Position numbers and translations under genes: made by a program. Below, piece by piece: positions 62,984 to 64,000 of a stretch of DNA of 64,000 nucleotides (position 1 is the first letter of the stretch; every line of letters starts with the position of its first letter). Source of the DNA: Candidatus Limnocylindria bacterium (GTDB taxonomy: Bacteria > Chloroflexota > Limnocylindria > P2-11E); the NCBI GenBank assembly GCA_036001645.1, contig DASYUC010000080.1:9348-73347 (forward strand), given 5' to 3'. The notes beneath the pieces are model-generated. The model worked only from the letters and a program-made list of their open reading frames with translations, made no database searches and was not told the DNA's origin.

Positions 62984-63043
62984 CGCGGCGTCCCTCCCCG
63001 GCGCGGCACGCTAGTCAGGGTCCGAAAGGGTGTCAATAGCGAA

Positions 63044-63577
63044 TTGACGCAGATATCCACAGAAGGCGAGTCGTACTTCGACCGGTACGCCTACCCGGAC
63101 TGGCTGCGCACCCACAGCCTTCTCGTCGGGCGCATCGCCGAGACGCTTGCCGCCGCGCGGGACGACGTTGGCAGCGAGGCGCGGGATATCGGGCTCGCCG
63201 GCTATCTGCACGACATCGGACGCAGCCCGCTCCTGGCCGGCGACCCGCGCGAGCACAACGAGCTCTCCGCGCTGATCCTCGCGGCCGAAGGTCTCGCGGG
63301 AGCGGTCGAGCCCGCGCGCCGGCACGCGATCTACACCGTGCTCGATCCCGCGACCGCGCCGGCGACACTCGCCGACAAGATCGTCTACGTCGCGGACCGC
63401 CGCGGCGGCATGCGGGTCGAAACAGTGGAGGTGCGCGCGCGCGATACCGCGCGGCGGTATCCGCGTTACGCGACCGACATCGAGCGTGCGATCCCCGCCG
63501 CAAAGGAGCTCGAGCGCGAGGTGTTCGCGGGCCTGCCATTTGCACCGGACGAGCTCGAGGCGCATCTCCGCACATGA
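63044..63577 (+). CDS. HD-domain phosphohydrolase
   Basis: Motifs: WLRTHSLLVGRIAETLA, GYLHDIGRSPLL, KIVYVADRR. The start is set to TTG 63044 and is uncertain. The part of the track ORF upstream of 63044 is Arg-rich and overlaps other features. Confidence 0.65.
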   Translation: MTQISTEGESYFDRYAYPDWLRTHSLLVGRIAETLAAARDDVGSEARDIGLAGYLHDIGRSPLLAGDPREHNELSALILAAEGLAGAVEPARRHAIYTVLDPATAPATLADKIVYVADRRGGMRVETVEVRARDTARRYPRYATDIERAIPAAKELEREVFAGLPFAPDELEAHLRT

Positions 63578-64000
63578 GCGATTTCTTCCGGCTGCAAAAG
63601 CACATCGACGAGCTGTCCGCGATCGGCGCGCGCGACGGCGCGGTCACTCGACTCGGGTTGACCGCGGAAGAGCAGGCGGCGCGTGATCTCGTCGGGTCCT
63701 GGTGCGCCGCGCGTGGCGCGCAGCTGCGTCGTGACGCGGCCGGGAATCTGTTCGCGCGATTCCCCGGCGAGCGCGACAAGGATCCGCTCGTCCTCGTCGG
63801 CTCGCATGTCGACTCGGTGCCCGAGGGTGGCCGTTTCGACGGTGCGCTCGGCGTGATCTGCAGCATCGAGGCGATCGAATCGCTGCTCGACGTCGGCACC
63901 CGCTTCCAGCGGCCGGTCGAGGTCGTGGCGTGGGCGGACGAGGAGGGAGCGCGTTTCGGGATCGGACTGTTCGGATCCGCGGCCGCGTTCGACCGGCTTC
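63574..64000 (+). CDS. M20-family Zn-dependent amidohydrolase (allantoate amidohydrolase / N-carbamoyl-amino-acid hydrolase type), 3' end outside window
   Basis: ATG 63574 overlaps the HD gene stop (ATGA). My own translation: MSDFFRLQKHIDELSAIGA...AAGNLFARFPG...LVLVGSHVDSVPEGGRFDGALGV...WADEEGARFG. The frame is open to the right edge. Confidence 0.8.
   Translation, partial: MSDFFRLQKHIDELSAIGARDGAVTRLGLTAEEQAARDLVGSWCAARGAQLRRDAAGNLFARFPGERDKDPLVLVGSHVDSVPEGGRFDGALGVICSIEAIESLLDVGTRFQRPVEVVAWADEEGARFGIGLFGSAAAFDRL

Overview
This is a high-GC (about 70% by eye) chromosomal window, densely coding on both strands, with many 4-nt start/stop overlaps (ATGA, GTGA, TTGA). Gene content points to a monoderm, Actinomycetota- or Chloroflexota-like lineage: a T-box leader, fhaA-fhaB-rodA-pbpA, an F420-type LLM oxidoreductase, GT87-like membrane glycosyltransferases and a GerW-like protein. 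I call about 60 CDS, one tRNA-Leu(UAG), one T-box riboswitch with its terminator (valS leader), two further hairpin terminators and two probable pseudogenes. Housekeeping anchors are tig, clpP, clpX, valS, serA plus a class-V aminotransferase, rpe, fhaA-fhaB-rodA-pbpA and a MoxR-DUF58-transglutaminase triad. Accessory content is dominated by second-messenger and phosphorelay signalling: a class III cyclase, GAF proteins, two HD-GYP proteins, a REC-GGDEF with a GGDDF motif, a 1210-aa GAF/HD-GYP/GAF/GGDEF protein and a triple-GAF histidine kinase. There is also a GT-C/GT87 membrane glycosyltransferase cluster, peptide and sugar ABC components, and sigma factors. The best candidate for an undescribed system is the minus-strand operon at 12.6-18.7 kb, which splits the normally contiguous tig-clpP-clpX block. 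It encodes a GAF histidine kinase, a REC-TadZ/CpaE-like ATPase, an MBL-fold hydrolase fused to REC, and an exported dienelactone hydrolase. The MBL module has a stand-alone paralog that closes a cyclase/GAF/HD-GYP operon at 0-3.3 kb. I saw no CRISPR array, transposase, integrase or phage genes. All functional calls come from reading motifs by eye in the supplied translations; no database search was run. Most start codons are inferred and are flagged where ambiguous.
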